Shown: piece by piece, positions 1 to 7,927 of the stretch
How positions within the stretch are numbered: the stretch's first letter is position 1
Layout: each line of letters begins with the position of its first letter
IMG/VR virus record: IMGVR_UViG_3300007352_000003
Span: 1-54,388 of that record
Origin: a virus
Length of the DNA: 54,388 nt
Direction: 5' to 3' (one strand)
Program-made: the position numbers and the translations under genes
Notes under the pieces: generated by a model
Seen by the model: only the letters and a program-made list of their open reading frames with translations
Databases searched by the model: none
What the model was told of the DNA's origin: nothing

Positions 1-99
1 ACGGCAAGACGGCGAAAGAATGGTTGCGATCGGCTTTGGTCGAGCGGGCTGCGTCGTTGGGGGTGCCGGCCGGCGGGAAGAAGTCTGATCGGTTGATGA
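1..99. repeat. 99-bp direct terminal repeat, exact copy of 54290-54388 (circular-closure overlap)
   Basis: The first 99 bases (acggcaagacggcgaaag...gatcggttgatga) recur base-for-base as the last 99 bases. The + reading frame is continuous across the join. Confidence 0.95.
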
Positions 100-3000
100 C
101 CCTGATCAATGAGGTCGAGGACAATCTGCGGGACTTCGCCGAAACAAACGAGATTCCCTATCGCGTGCTCCTGGAAGGCATCCAGGAAAGTCGCAGGGGC
201 TTTTCGGAGCGGGTCGAGCAGGAGCGGGCCGTCAAGCGACGTGCCCATGAGTTGACGGGACTTCGGCAGTCGGACGTGGCCAAGATCGCCAACAGCGGCT
301 TCGACTTCTCCTCCGGCCGCAAAGTCGGCGGCGTGCTTGGGCAGAAGCTGGCCCACTTCGACGACTTCGCCCAGCAGTTGGCCAATGAGTTTCCCGACTT
401 CTTCCTCTGGGAGAATCCTTCGGAGTCGCTCTGGAAGTTGTTGGGGCAGGATTTGCCAACCGAGATCCGGGCCGACTCGCCGCGGCTAATGGAGCAGGCG
501 GCCGGCTGGGTCGAGGCCAACGCGCGGGGTGTGACCGAAGAAGAGTTGCCAGCGGAGAGGCCGCCGAAGATCGAACAGGGCATCAAAGGCGAGACGCCGC
601 GGGCCAAGCAAACCAGCGAGCGGAAAGAGCGGTCGGAGCGCCGGCAGAAAATTCGCAAGGAGCGGGCCGACATCTTCAAGGAGATTCACCGGATTCTCGG
701 GGCGCCCGGGCCGGCCATGATGGGGCCGGTCAATCCCCAGCTTTTGGAGCAAATGGCCCGGCTGGTCGGCAGCTACGTCCAAGAGGCGATTGTTACGCTG
801 GAAGAGGCGATGGCGGCCTTCCGGAAGGCCATGAAAGGATATCCAGCCGAAAAGTTTGCGGAGGCCAAAGCCGCCTTTTACGAAGCTTGGCGGCAGGCTC
901 AAGAGCGGGGCGAGGTGCTGAAGCCGGCCGTTGACGCCGGTGAAGTGGAGCAGGACCCGGCGGCCGTCTCGAAACTGGTCCGGACGATCATGAAGGAAGT
1001 CGTCGCCGACGGGGTACGGGAGATTGAGGCCCTGACGGACGCAGTCCACCAGGAAATGCAGTTCTTCATTCCGGGGTTCACCCGGGCGCAGACCCAGGAC
1101 GCCATGGCGCGGCGGGGTATTTTTCGGGAGCTGTCGAAAGACGAGCTGTCGGTCGCCATGCGCGATCTCACCGGCCAGGTCCAGAAGCTCGTGCAGTTGC
1201 GGGAGTTGCAAGGTGGAAAGCCGGCGCCCAAGTTTGGCTTCGAGAGCCGGGAGCTTTCCGATAAAGAGCGGCAACTCCTGCAGGAAGTGAACGCCGAGAA
1301 GAAGAAGCATCCTGAGTTGCGGACCACTGACCCGATTCGACAACTCAAGACTTCGCTCGACACAGCCAAGCGGGCGGTTCGCAACCGGATCGCCGACCTG
1401 GACGCGGCAATCAAGGAACGCCGCCGGCTGCCCGGCCGCCAGCCCGGCAAAGTCGACGCAGAGTTGCAGGCCCTTCAAAGGCGCCGCGATGAACTCTTCA
1501 AAGCCTATCAGGAAATGTTTCCCCGCGAGCCGGTGAGTGATCAAGAGCGGCTGGCAGCGCAACTCAAGGCAGCCGACCGGGCTATCGAGGCCCTACAAGC
1601 CGACCTGAAGGCCGGGCGGCTCTTCCCCGAAAAGCGAACGCCGGTCACGAGCGCGGAGCTTCAGGCCAAGCGGGCTAAGATCGCGGAACTCAGGGCGGTC
1701 CGGGAAGAGTTGCGGGAGGTCGCCCGGCCGGGCTGGAGCGACCGGGCCTATGAGCGGAATCTGCGGCAACGAATCGCCGAGTATCAGCGGAAGCGGGCGG
1801 CCGGCGAATTCGAGCGGAAGCCCAAGCCGGAGAAGAAACACCTGCCGCACATTACCGAGCTTCAGTTCCAGCTTCAGCAGGAGAAGCAGGCGACCCAAGA
1901 GGCTATTCGGCGATTCGAGCGGGCGCGGCGGCATCCGGTCGAAAAGGTGCTGATGGTCATCCCCGAGACCCTGAGTGCTTCGCGGGCCTTGATCGTGAGC
2001 TTCGACATCTCGGCGCCCGGGCGGCAAGGCTTTTGGCTCTCAATGGCCCACCCGGTCCTGGCCAGCAAGGCGTTTGTCACAATGTGGCGGGGTGTGAGCC
2101 GGAAAGGCGCTTTTGCGGTCCAGCGTGATATCCGGAATCGAGAGAACTTTCTTCTGGGGCGGCAGGCGGGACTGGCTATCATGGAACTCGACGGCCCTGA
2201 AAGTCGCATGGAAGAGGCTCTCATCGGCCGGTGGGCGCAAATTATGCCCGGCGTCCAGCTTTCCCAGCGGCTCTACACGAGCTTCCTGAACCAGTTACGG
2301 GCCGATGTGTTCGACAGCATGTTGGCGTGCGTGGCCAAACGGGGTACGCCGACTCTCGCCGAAGCCAAGATCATCGCGAACTTCGTCAACGTCGCGTCCG
2401 GCCGCGCCGACTTGGGCAGCTTCAATGCGGCGGCCGTGCCTCTGGCCAAAGTCTTCTTCGCCCCGCGCTGGGCCTGGTCGCGGGTCCAGTTGCTGGCTAT
2501 GCAGCCGATGTACCGCGGCGACGTGCGGATGAAGGGTCTGATCCTGAAAGAGTACAGCAAGATGGTCATCATGGCCGGGCTCTTCTACAGTCTGGTTCGC
2601 CTGGCCGCTGAACTCTTTTGGGATGATGATGATCGCGACAAGCCGACTATCGAATGGGACCCTCGCTCCACCAACTTCGCCAAGGTGCGAATCGGGCCAA
2701 CGTGGATTGATCCGACCGCCGGGCTCTCCCAGATTGTTCGATTGGGCGTGCGGGCCGGTACCGGCACAATCAAGACCGGCCGCGGGAAAGTGGTTCGCAT
2801 CCGTGAGAAGTACAGTCTTCCCGGCGCCAAACCGGGGCCTTACGATCCGAACGCATGGGATTTGCTCGCCGACTTTCAGCGGGGTAAGTTCTCGCCGCTG
2901 CTTTCGACTCCGCTTGATTTACTCGTCGGGAGCAACATCGTGGGCGAAGAGGTGACTCCACTTTCGGCGGCCGCGAATCTCGTGATTCCGTTGAGCTACC

Positions 3001-3185
3001 GCGAAGTTTCGGAAGCGATTCAGAAGCAGGGCGTTCCCAAAGGTGCGGCGATTGGACTAGTTGCCATTCTGGGCATGTCGGTACAGACTTATGAAGACAA
3101 GAAAAAGAAGGCTCGCGCGAGCCGTTCCACCCAGCGTTACCTGCTCTCGCCCGAGGAATCGCGAGAGCTTACCACTTCCCCCTGA
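1..3185 (+). CDS. C-terminal part (about 1,061 codons) of a giant virion internal/ejection-type protein; same gene as 52174-54388 after circularisation
   Basis: The frame is open from base 1, and the track start at 24 is only a TTG inside the frame. There is a long R/E/K/A/Q-rich coiled-coil-like stretch, then hydrophobic C-terminal segments (MVIMAGLFYSLVRLAA, AAIGLVAILGM). The stop is at 3185. Function is inferred from size and from position after the tail genes. Confidence 0.6.
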   Translation, partial: GKTAKEWLRSALVERAASLGVPAGGKKSDRLMTLINEVEDNLRDFAETNEIPYRVLLEGIQESRRGFSERVEQERAVKRRAHELTGLRQSDVAKIANSGFDFSSGRKVGGVLGQKLAHFDDFAQQLANEFPDFFLWENPSESLWKLLGQDLPTEIRADSPRLMEQAAGWVEANARGVTEEELPAERPPKIEQGIKGETPRAKQTSERKERSERRQKIRKERADIFKEIHRILGAPGPAMMGPVNPQLLEQMARLVGSYVQEAIVTLEEAMAAFRKAMKGYPAEKFAEAKAAFYEAWRQAQERGEVLKPAVDAGEVEQDPAAVSKLVRTIMKEVVADGVREIEALTDAVHQEMQFFIPGFTRAQTQDAMARRGIFRELSKDELSVAMRDLTGQVQKLVQLRELQGGKPAPKFGFESRELSDKERQLLQEVNAEKKKHPELRTTDPIRQLKTSLDTAKRAVRNRIADLDAAIKERRRLPGRQPGKVDAELQALQRRRDELFKAYQEMFPREPVSDQERLAAQLKAADRAIEALQADLKAGRLFPEKRTPVTSAELQAKRAKIAELRAVREELREVARPGWSDRAYERNLRQRIAEYQRKRAAGEFERKPKPEKKHLPHITELQFQLQQEKQATQEAIRRFERARRHPVEKVLMVIPETLSASRALIVSFDISAPGRQGFWLSMAHPVLASKAFVTMWRGVSRKGAFAVQRDIRNRENFLLGRQAGLAIMELDGPESRMEEALIGRWAQIMPGVQLSQRLYTSFLNQLRADVFDSMLACVAKRGTPTLAEAKIIANFVNVASGRADLGSFNAAAVPLAKVFFAPRWAWSRVQLLAMQPMYRGDVRMKGLILKEYSKMVIMAGLFYSLVRLAAELFWDDDDRDKPTIEWDPRSTNFAKVRIGPTWIDPTAGLSQIVRLGVRAGTGTIKTGRGKVVRIREKYSLPGAKPGPYDPNAWDLLADFQRGKFSPLLSTPLDLLVGSNIVGEEVTPLSAAANLVIPLSYREVSEAIQKQGVPKGAAIGLVAILGMSVQTYEDKKKKARASRSTQRYLLSPEESRELTTSP

Positions 3186-3201
3186 CGTAAGGAGTTTCGA
3201 C

Positions 3202-3477
3202 ATGGATTGGGCTGCAATCATCGCCATGATCTTGGAGTTCATCAAGGAGTGCCAAGCCAACCGTCGCACGGATGAACAGATCACCAGCAGCTTGCGCCGG
3301 CCGCGTGGCCTGGAGGTTTTGCGACTCCGCCGCGGGTTGCGGCAGAGGTTCAATCTCTCTGGGCGCCGGTTGGCTGAAGCCGTCGAGGATGTGATGGCCG
3401 ACGCCGCCTGCCTGACCGATGAGGACTGCGCCGAACTGCTGTTGCAGGCAGCCGCGCCGCCGGATTCCCCCGAGTAA
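3202..3477 (+). CDS. hypothetical protein (91 aa)
   Basis: The ATG at 3202 has AAGGAG 8 nt upstream and lies just after the stop of the giant ORF. The upstream part of track ORF 3061-3477 overlaps the giant gene. Confidence 0.5.
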   Translation: MDWAAIIAMILEFIKECQANRRTDEQITSSLRRPRGLEVLRLRRGLRQRFNLSGRRLAEAVEDVMADAACLTDEDCAELLLQAAAPPDSPE

Positions 3478-3577
3478 CTCATCCCCCCTGGCATTCGTTG
3501 GGGGACGCCGCGAGCGGGGAACGGTCTAATCTCCTCACCGGCCCCGCCGCGGCTCTCGAACAGAAAGGAATTTTTCG

Positions 3578-4396
3578 ATGAAACGACTGCTTTTGACAAG
3601 CCTTCTCGGCTTCTGGCTGGCCTTGCAGCCCGTCCAGGCCGGGGAGGATGTGACGCCGCGCTCGGCGACCGCCGGCTCGACACTCACCATCATCGGCCCC
3701 GGGTCGGTCCAGGCCGGCGAAGAAGCTTGGCTGAAAATCGAGGGGCTCACGCTCGACGAGATCAAGGCCGCCAAACGAGACGGCCTGTTCGACCTGACGG
3801 TCTATCCGCTCGAAGGTACGCGGGTTCACGCCTCCTACGACTGGCTCACTGACACGCTCGAACTGATGTTCGAGGCCGCTAGTCCGGGCGACCGGCTCAT
3901 TAAGCTGCACTTGGTTCGCGATGGAAAGCTCGAAATAGCTGCTGTCGAGGTCGCCGTGGAGGGCGACCAGCCGGACCCTCCGTTGCCGCCGGACCCGCCG
4001 GACCCGCCCGATCCGCCGAAGCCTCCGGACCCGCCGAAACCGAAGCTCTTTCAGTTGATGTTCTTCGTGGAATCGACGAACTTGGACGACTTGACCCGGG
4101 CGCAGACGGAAATAGTCTCCAGTCTGACGTTCCGGAAGGCCCTGGAGGCGGCGGGGCACAAGTTTTTGGGGAAGTTCGACCACAACAGCGTGATGGTGGC
4201 CAGCCAACAGTGCGTCGGCGGGGTCTGCTCTTCCGTCGTTTCCGTTCGCGATGACTTGAAGCCCTGGTGGGCGGCCGTTGAAGGCGATCCGATGCCGCGG
4301 ATGGCCGTCGCACCGATCGACGGGGGCGATGTCGAGGACTTTCCCTTGCCTGCCTCTGTGGATGAGGTCTGGGCGAAGATCGGAGGCCAGCCATGA
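3578..4396 (+). CDS. secreted protein with proline-rich linker
   Basis: The N-terminus is signal-peptide-like (MKRLLLTSLLGFWLALQPVQA). There is a central PPLPPDPPDPPDPPKPPDPPKP linker, and an ATGA overlap with the next gene. Confidence 0.6.
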   Translation: MKRLLLTSLLGFWLALQPVQAGEDVTPRSATAGSTLTIIGPGSVQAGEEAWLKIEGLTLDEIKAAKRDGLFDLTVYPLEGTRVHASYDWLTDTLELMFEAASPGDRLIKLHLVRDGKLEIAAVEVAVEGDQPDPPLPPDPPDPPDPPKPPDPPKPKLFQLMFFVESTNLDDLTRAQTEIVSSLTFRKALEAAGHKFLGKFDHNSVMVASQQCVGGVCSSVVSVRDDLKPWWAAVEGDPMPRMAVAPIDGGDVEDFPLPASVDEVWAKIGGQP

Positions 4397-5181
4397 CTCG
4401 AATCGTAATCGACTGCGACGTTCACTGGCGGCGGGTCGAGCGGCAGTGGGACGCGCCGGGCGCCATTCCGCGGCGAAACCGTTACGGCGACGCGCCCGGG
4501 CTGATCCCGTTTGGCGAAGCGTATCCCGACAAGCTGATTGCGCCCGCCGACTACAAAGAGGTCATCGCGGACTGCCACGCCAAGCAGATTTTCCCGATGT
4601 ACCATCAGGCCGCTTCATGGGCCCCGCCGGGCTACCGCTGGACGCAGGATGGACTCAATTACTGCTGGGCCTGGGGCCTGGCCGCCGCGATGATGGACCA
4701 GAAGGCCCTCGAGGGAAAGCCCACCGTCCAACTTGCTCCAGAGTCGCTGGGATTTACGGTGAACTGGCGAAACGCCGGCAACTATCTCGACTCCGCCGTC
4801 AAAGGCGCCCGGCAGCGGGGCATCTGCGAGCGGCGATTCATCCGGATGCATACCATCAACCCGGCGAGCTTCGAGACTGGTTGGGAGGCGAACGCCCTAG
4901 CCCACCGTCTGGGCGACACGTGGGACACGGACAACTCCTCGCTGGCCAAGCGAATCCAGTACATGGTTTCGATCATGGCGACTGGGACGCCGCTCTACAA
5001 CGCGTTTTACTGGTGGGGCCACGCCACGGACGGGCCCGTGGGGCTGATTTGGGATGAATCGGTCCCGAACAACTTGCGGGTCCTGATTCGCAACTCGCAC
5101 AACGAAGACGATCTGCTCGAACTGACAGGCAACCGGGCGATTCCCGATGAAATGATCGGAATTTGCTCGACTCTCACTTAG
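4393..5181 (+). CDS. papain-fold (C1-like) cysteine peptidase, candidate lysis enzyme
   Basis: Catalytic motifs occur in canonical order: Q-x5-C in QDGLNYCWAW (compare QGSCGSCWAF of papain), then WWGHATDGPVG (His), then LIRNSHNED (compare KNSW Asn). Confidence 0.6.
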   Translation: MTRIVIDCDVHWRRVERQWDAPGAIPRRNRYGDAPGLIPFGEAYPDKLIAPADYKEVIADCHAKQIFPMYHQAASWAPPGYRWTQDGLNYCWAWGLAAAMMDQKALEGKPTVQLAPESLGFTVNWRNAGNYLDSAVKGARQRGICERRFIRMHTINPASFETGWEANALAHRLGDTWDTDNSSLAKRIQYMVSIMATGTPLYNAFYWWGHATDGPVGLIWDESVPNNLRVLIRNSHNEDDLLELTGNRAIPDEMIGICSTLT

Positions 5182-5191
5182 GCATGACGCC

Positions 5192-5587
5192 ATGAAGGGA
5201 ACGAAGATGTTCAGGGTGATGCTTCCTCTGGGGTTGGGGTTGGCGCTTCTCGGACAGGCAGAGGAAATTTCGCCTGTGTCGCTGCCGATGTGGGCGAATC
5301 TACTTCTGCAGGGCGGCGCCCTGGTTGTCTTGGCTTGGGCGGTCTGGCACGCCTACCGCAACGAAATGCCGGCCAGCCGTGCCGGGTTCACCAAGACTCT
5401 CGACCAGATGGCCGAGCGCTACGAGCGGATGCAGAAGGAGACTCTCGATCGGCACGAGCGATGGGAGACTTCACGGCATGCGGACAGCGACAAACTCGCC
5501 GAGGCCCTGAGGGGCTTGGCCGTCACGTGTGCCGAGACGCGCCGCACTTTCACGGAGGGCCCCAAGGATGGACCGCTACACTCATGA
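5192..5587 (+). CDS. membrane protein, holin-like by position
   Basis: Two hydrophobic segments (FRVMLPLGLGLALLG and WANLLLQGGALVVLAWAVW) are followed by a charged C-terminal half. The gene sits directly after the peptidase gene. Confidence 0.4.
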   Translation: MKGTKMFRVMLPLGLGLALLGQAEEISPVSLPMWANLLLQGGALVVLAWAVWHAYRNEMPASRAGFTKTLDQMAERYERMQKETLDRHERWETSRHADSDKLAEALRGLAVTCAETRRTFTEGPKDGPLHS

Positions 5588-5759
5588 CCGCTGGTATTCG
5601 ACCTGGGCGGTTTTTCTGGCGACTGACGTCGACCGCGAGCGGCCGATTCTGGTGGTGTGGGAGGAAGAAGCGGCGCGGCACCTGGGCGGGTTGATGAACG
5701 AGCAGGCCCGGTCCTCGGCCCTAAACGGCCACGTCCTGCCCCTCCCGGCCGTGAAGTGA
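5568..5759 (+). CDS. hypothetical protein (63 aa)
   Basis: The internal ATG of track ORF 5529-5759 overlaps the end of the previous gene. The sequence MDRYTHDRWYSTWAVFLATDVDRERPILVVWEEE looks protein-like. Confidence 0.35.
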   Translation: MDRYTHDRWYSTWAVFLATDVDRERPILVVWEEEAARHLGGLMNEQARSSALNGHVLPLPAVK

Positions 5760-5886
5760 GAACGCCGGCCGCGCGGGTACCACGCCGCCGCCGGCTCTGC
5801 GGGATACACAAGGAGTCTTGAGACTCTCCCGCAGCGCCGAGAATCTTACCCCCTTCTGGGGTCGCGTGCAATATCTCGACAAGCTA

Positions 5887-5917
5887 GGGGTCACAGGTTC
5901 GAGTCCCGTATCGCCCA
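5887..5917 (+). other. tRNA 3-prime fragment (T-arm plus acceptor 3-prime strand); candidate attP core
   Basis: The sequence ggggtcACAGGTTCGAGTCCCGTATCGCCCa carries the canonical GGTTCGAGTCC T-loop. No matching 5-prime acceptor strand (GGGCGAT) or D/anticodon arms lie upstream, so it is not a full tRNA. It sits about 200 nt upstream of the xis-like gene and the integrase. Confidence 0.55.
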
Positions 5918-6009
5918 CTTTTGCTGGAAAAACCGCCGGGAGGTCGCCTGCATCGCGAGAGCAGGCAGGTCGCCAGTGGACCGATACAGACCTCCTGGCG
6001 ATTTGAAAC

Positions 6010-6079
6010 ACGGCGGTTGCCGGTATCCGCAAGGGCCGGGTGGTTTGCCTATGAACCAAGGAACAACCGCCGTCTTTTT
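6010..6079 (+). terminator. long-range stem (10 bp) closed structure followed by T5; possible terminator/insulator upstream of xis-int
   Basis: acggcggttg (6010-6019) pairs perfectly with caaccgccgt (6064-6073), followed by cTTTTT (6074-6079). The 44-nt interior has its own GC pairings. Confidence 0.3.
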
Positions 6080-6116
6080 CGCTTGCATGATCTGTCCAAA
6101 ATGCTACATTGTAGGG

Positions 6117-6335
6117 ATGAAAATGTCAACGCTACCTTTGTTGTCGCCACGGCAAGCTGCGGAAGAAATGGGACTCTCCCTAAGTCGGATCAAGCAGTTT
6201 TGCGCAGAAGGGCGGATCGGCCAGAGAGTTGGCAAGCGTTGGGTGATTCTCCGGGACGAACTCGAACAGTTCCAAAAAATTCCGCGCCCGCACGGCAAAG
6301 CCCTCGCCAGAAAATCTAATGGCGCCAAGAGTTAG
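6117..6335 (+). CDS. excisionase-like helix-turn-helix DNA-binding protein
   Basis: MKMSTLPLLSPRQAAEEMGLSLSRIKQFCAEGRIGQRVGKRWVI resembles the MerR-superfamily excisionase/AlpA-type HTH. The gene lies between the att-like site and the integrase. The upstream part of track ORF 5976-6335 is not protein-like. Confidence 0.55.
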   Translation: MKMSTLPLLSPRQAAEEMGLSLSRIKQFCAEGRIGQRVGKRWVILRDELEQFQKIPRPHGKALARKSNGAKS

Positions 6336-6353
6336 GCGAATTTCAAAATTCGC
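6336..6353. repeat. inverted repeat GCGAATTT-ca-AAATTCGC immediately after the xis-like stop
   Basis: Read directly. It is followed by an A-run on the + strand, so it is not a classic + strand terminator. Confidence 0.6.
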
Positions 6354-6372
6354 GAAAAAAGGGCTTGTAATG

Positions 6373-6392
6373 ATCTAGCCGAATGGCTAGAT
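6373..6392. repeat. perfect hairpin ATCTAGCC-gaat-GGCTAGAT upstream of integrase
   Basis: An 8-bp perfect inverted repeat with a 4-nt loop, read directly. Function unknown (operator or RNA hairpin). Confidence 0.6.
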
Positions 6393-6603
6393 TGGTGCCA
6401 CTCACGTTTCCTGAATTCATAGGCACCCTCTGATGCGGCCTTCTGCCGTTCCCAGGGTGCCTCTCACCCAACCGAGAATCTTCCAGGGCAGCGGCCGGCT
6501 GAGTCGGCCGCATGGATGGCCCGGGAAAGGACTTCCACGATGCGCAGGTCAGCATTTGACTTTGCCCCCCCGGATAGTAGGGTTGTCGTAGCGACGGCAT
6601 CCT

Positions 6604-7494
6604 GTGAGGCGCACCGTGGACTTGTACGAGTTACTCGGTCTTTACCGGTTGTACCGGCCGCAACTGGCCGATTCGACGGCGGAGACCTACTGGTATGCGA
6701 TTCGGGCCTTCGAGAAGGTCTGCCGGCATCCTCCCCGCCTGGCCGACCTCTCGGAGGCCCGTCTTCTGGAATTCGCCGCTTCTCGGTTGGCGGACGGAGG
6801 TGCCCAGCAGACGGTTCGCCGCGAGCTGGGCACTCTTTTCCGCCTCTGGCGATTTGCCTGGCGGCGGAAGTTGGGCGCGGCCGATCCGCGGGATGTGGAG
6901 TTGCCGACGATCCGGCTCTCTCACGAGCCGCCGATCGCCCTGACGCTGGCCGAACTCGAGGCTGTGCTTTCTTCAGCGGCCCGCGAGCCCGGCCGCATGC
7001 CACACGGGCCGCATGCCGCCGACTGGTGGGTGTCGCTGGTCTTGGTGTTGTATTACACAGCCGCCCGGATATCGGCCCTCTTGGCGGTGGAGTGGGGCGA
7101 CGTCGACCTCGAAACCGGTTGGCTGCACCTCGGCGCCGGCCACGCGAAGACTCGGCTCGGCCAATGGCATCAGTTGCCGGAGTGCGCGGTCCAGAAGGTC
7201 ATGCGGCTGATGCGGGGACGGCAAGCCCGAATCTGGCATTGGCCTTACTGCCGGCGGCAACGGCATGTGGCGCTCAAGCGGATCATGCTGCGGGCCGGGC
7301 TGCCGGACCGGCGCGAGTATGCGTTCCACATCTTCCGTCGTACGACGGCCACGCAACTCGTTCTGGCTACCGATCTCTCAACGGCCCAACGGGTCCTGGG
7401 GCATTCGCGCGAGGCGATGACCGCGCGCTACATCGACCCGCGGCAGGTTTCTCCAGACCTCGGCGCCTTGCTGCCTCGGCTCAATCTCGACTAA
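6604..7494 (+). CDS. int: tyrosine-type site-specific integrase
   Basis: Catalytic signatures: YYTAARISALLAVEWGDVDL (Arg box), AFHIFRRTTAT (H-x-x-R), VLGHS, and the terminal tyrosine in MTARYID. The N-terminus is core-binding-like. The GTG start is uncertain. Confidence 0.9.
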   Translation: MRRTVDLYELLGLYRLYRPQLADSTAETYWYAIRAFEKVCRHPPRLADLSEARLLEFAASRLADGGAQQTVRRELGTLFRLWRFAWRRKLGAADPRDVELPTIRLSHEPPIALTLAELEAVLSSAAREPGRMPHGPHAADWWVSLVLVLYYTAARISALLAVEWGDVDLETGWLHLGAGHAKTRLGQWHQLPECAVQKVMRLMRGRQARIWHWPYCRRQRHVALKRIMLRAGLPDRREYAFHIFRRTTATQLVLATDLSTAQRVLGHSREAMTARYIDPRQVSPDLGALLPRLNLD

Positions 7495-7604
7495 TGCGGC
7501 CGGTCCCGACCGTCGGTTTCCTCCCACTCTGCGGGCTCGGTGGCCGGTCGCTATTTCTCACAGGACGGCCCGGTACTGGAGGCGTCGGAGAAGGGAGCGG
7601 CTGG

Positions 7605-7865
7605 ATGCGAGTAGATATTGAATTCGATGTTGTTGAACCTGGAGGAATCAGGCCATCTTATCGCTGGGTGGTGCGTTCTGGGACCAATGTATTTTGTGCC
7701 GCTGGCCCCTGGTGTACCTCTGCGAACGCTGCCCGTCACTCATACGGCAACTTCCGTCGGGCGCGCAACGGATTGCCCCGAATCCCGCGAGAGTGGAAGC
7801 TTCCGCGCAAACGGAAACAGGACGGCCCGGCGCCGGAGGTGCCGGAGAATGGAGCGGCGGGATAG
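7605..7865 (+). CDS. DUF1508/YegP-like small protein
   Basis: This is the 3-prime part of track ORF 6516-7865. The ATG at 7605 has aaggga upstream. YRWVVRSGTNVFCAAGPWCTSANAARHSYGNF fits the YegP-type pattern (FRF.L.a.NG..i..Se.Y.s...a..gi.sv). Confidence 0.45.
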   Translation: MRVDIEFDVVEPGGIRPSYRWVVRSGTNVFCAAGPWCTSANAARHSYGNFRRARNGLPRIPREWKLPRKRKQDGPAPEVPENGAAG

Positions 7866-7927
7866 CCGCGTTTTAGGATTGCCCGCCGAGCAAGAGGCGG
7901 AGCGGGCTCAACTCAAAGGGGTGTGAC
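7854..7927 (+). repeat. intergenic cassette copy A (GCGGCGGGATAGCCGCGTTTTAGGA ... GCCCG-N-GAGCGGGCTCA ... RBS)
   Basis: 25 nt are shared exactly with copy B, followed by the conserved GAGCGGGCTCA at 7900-7910. Confidence 0.85.

Noticed and set aside
1-99. The terminal repeats as LTR- or IS-type ends of a mobile element, or as evidence of a duplicated gene fragment.
   Set aside because: The repeats are direct and exact, sit at the extreme ends of the window and restore one continuous ORF. Circular closure, or a de Bruijn k-mer overlap, explains them fully.
3963-4040. Proline-codon microsatellite (ccggacccgcc repeats) as a regulatory or contingency repeat.
   Set aside because: The repeat units are imperfect and simply encode the PPDPP linker of a secreted protein. 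There is no homopolymer or perfect short tandem repeat that would slip.
5830-5917. A complete tRNA gene at the att-like site.
   Set aside because: The 5-prime acceptor strand GGGCGAT and the D and anticodon arms are absent at the expected distance, whether a standard or a long variable arm is assumed. Only the 3-prime third is present.
6516-7604. The 5-prime 1.1 kb of the 449-aa + strand ORF 6516-7865, which overlaps the integrase gene in another frame.
   Set aside because: The translation is Arg/Pro/Ala/Gly-rich and featureless, and it overlaps a clearly real integrase. Only the last 86 codons (7605-7865), which have their own RBS and a YegP-like pattern, were kept.
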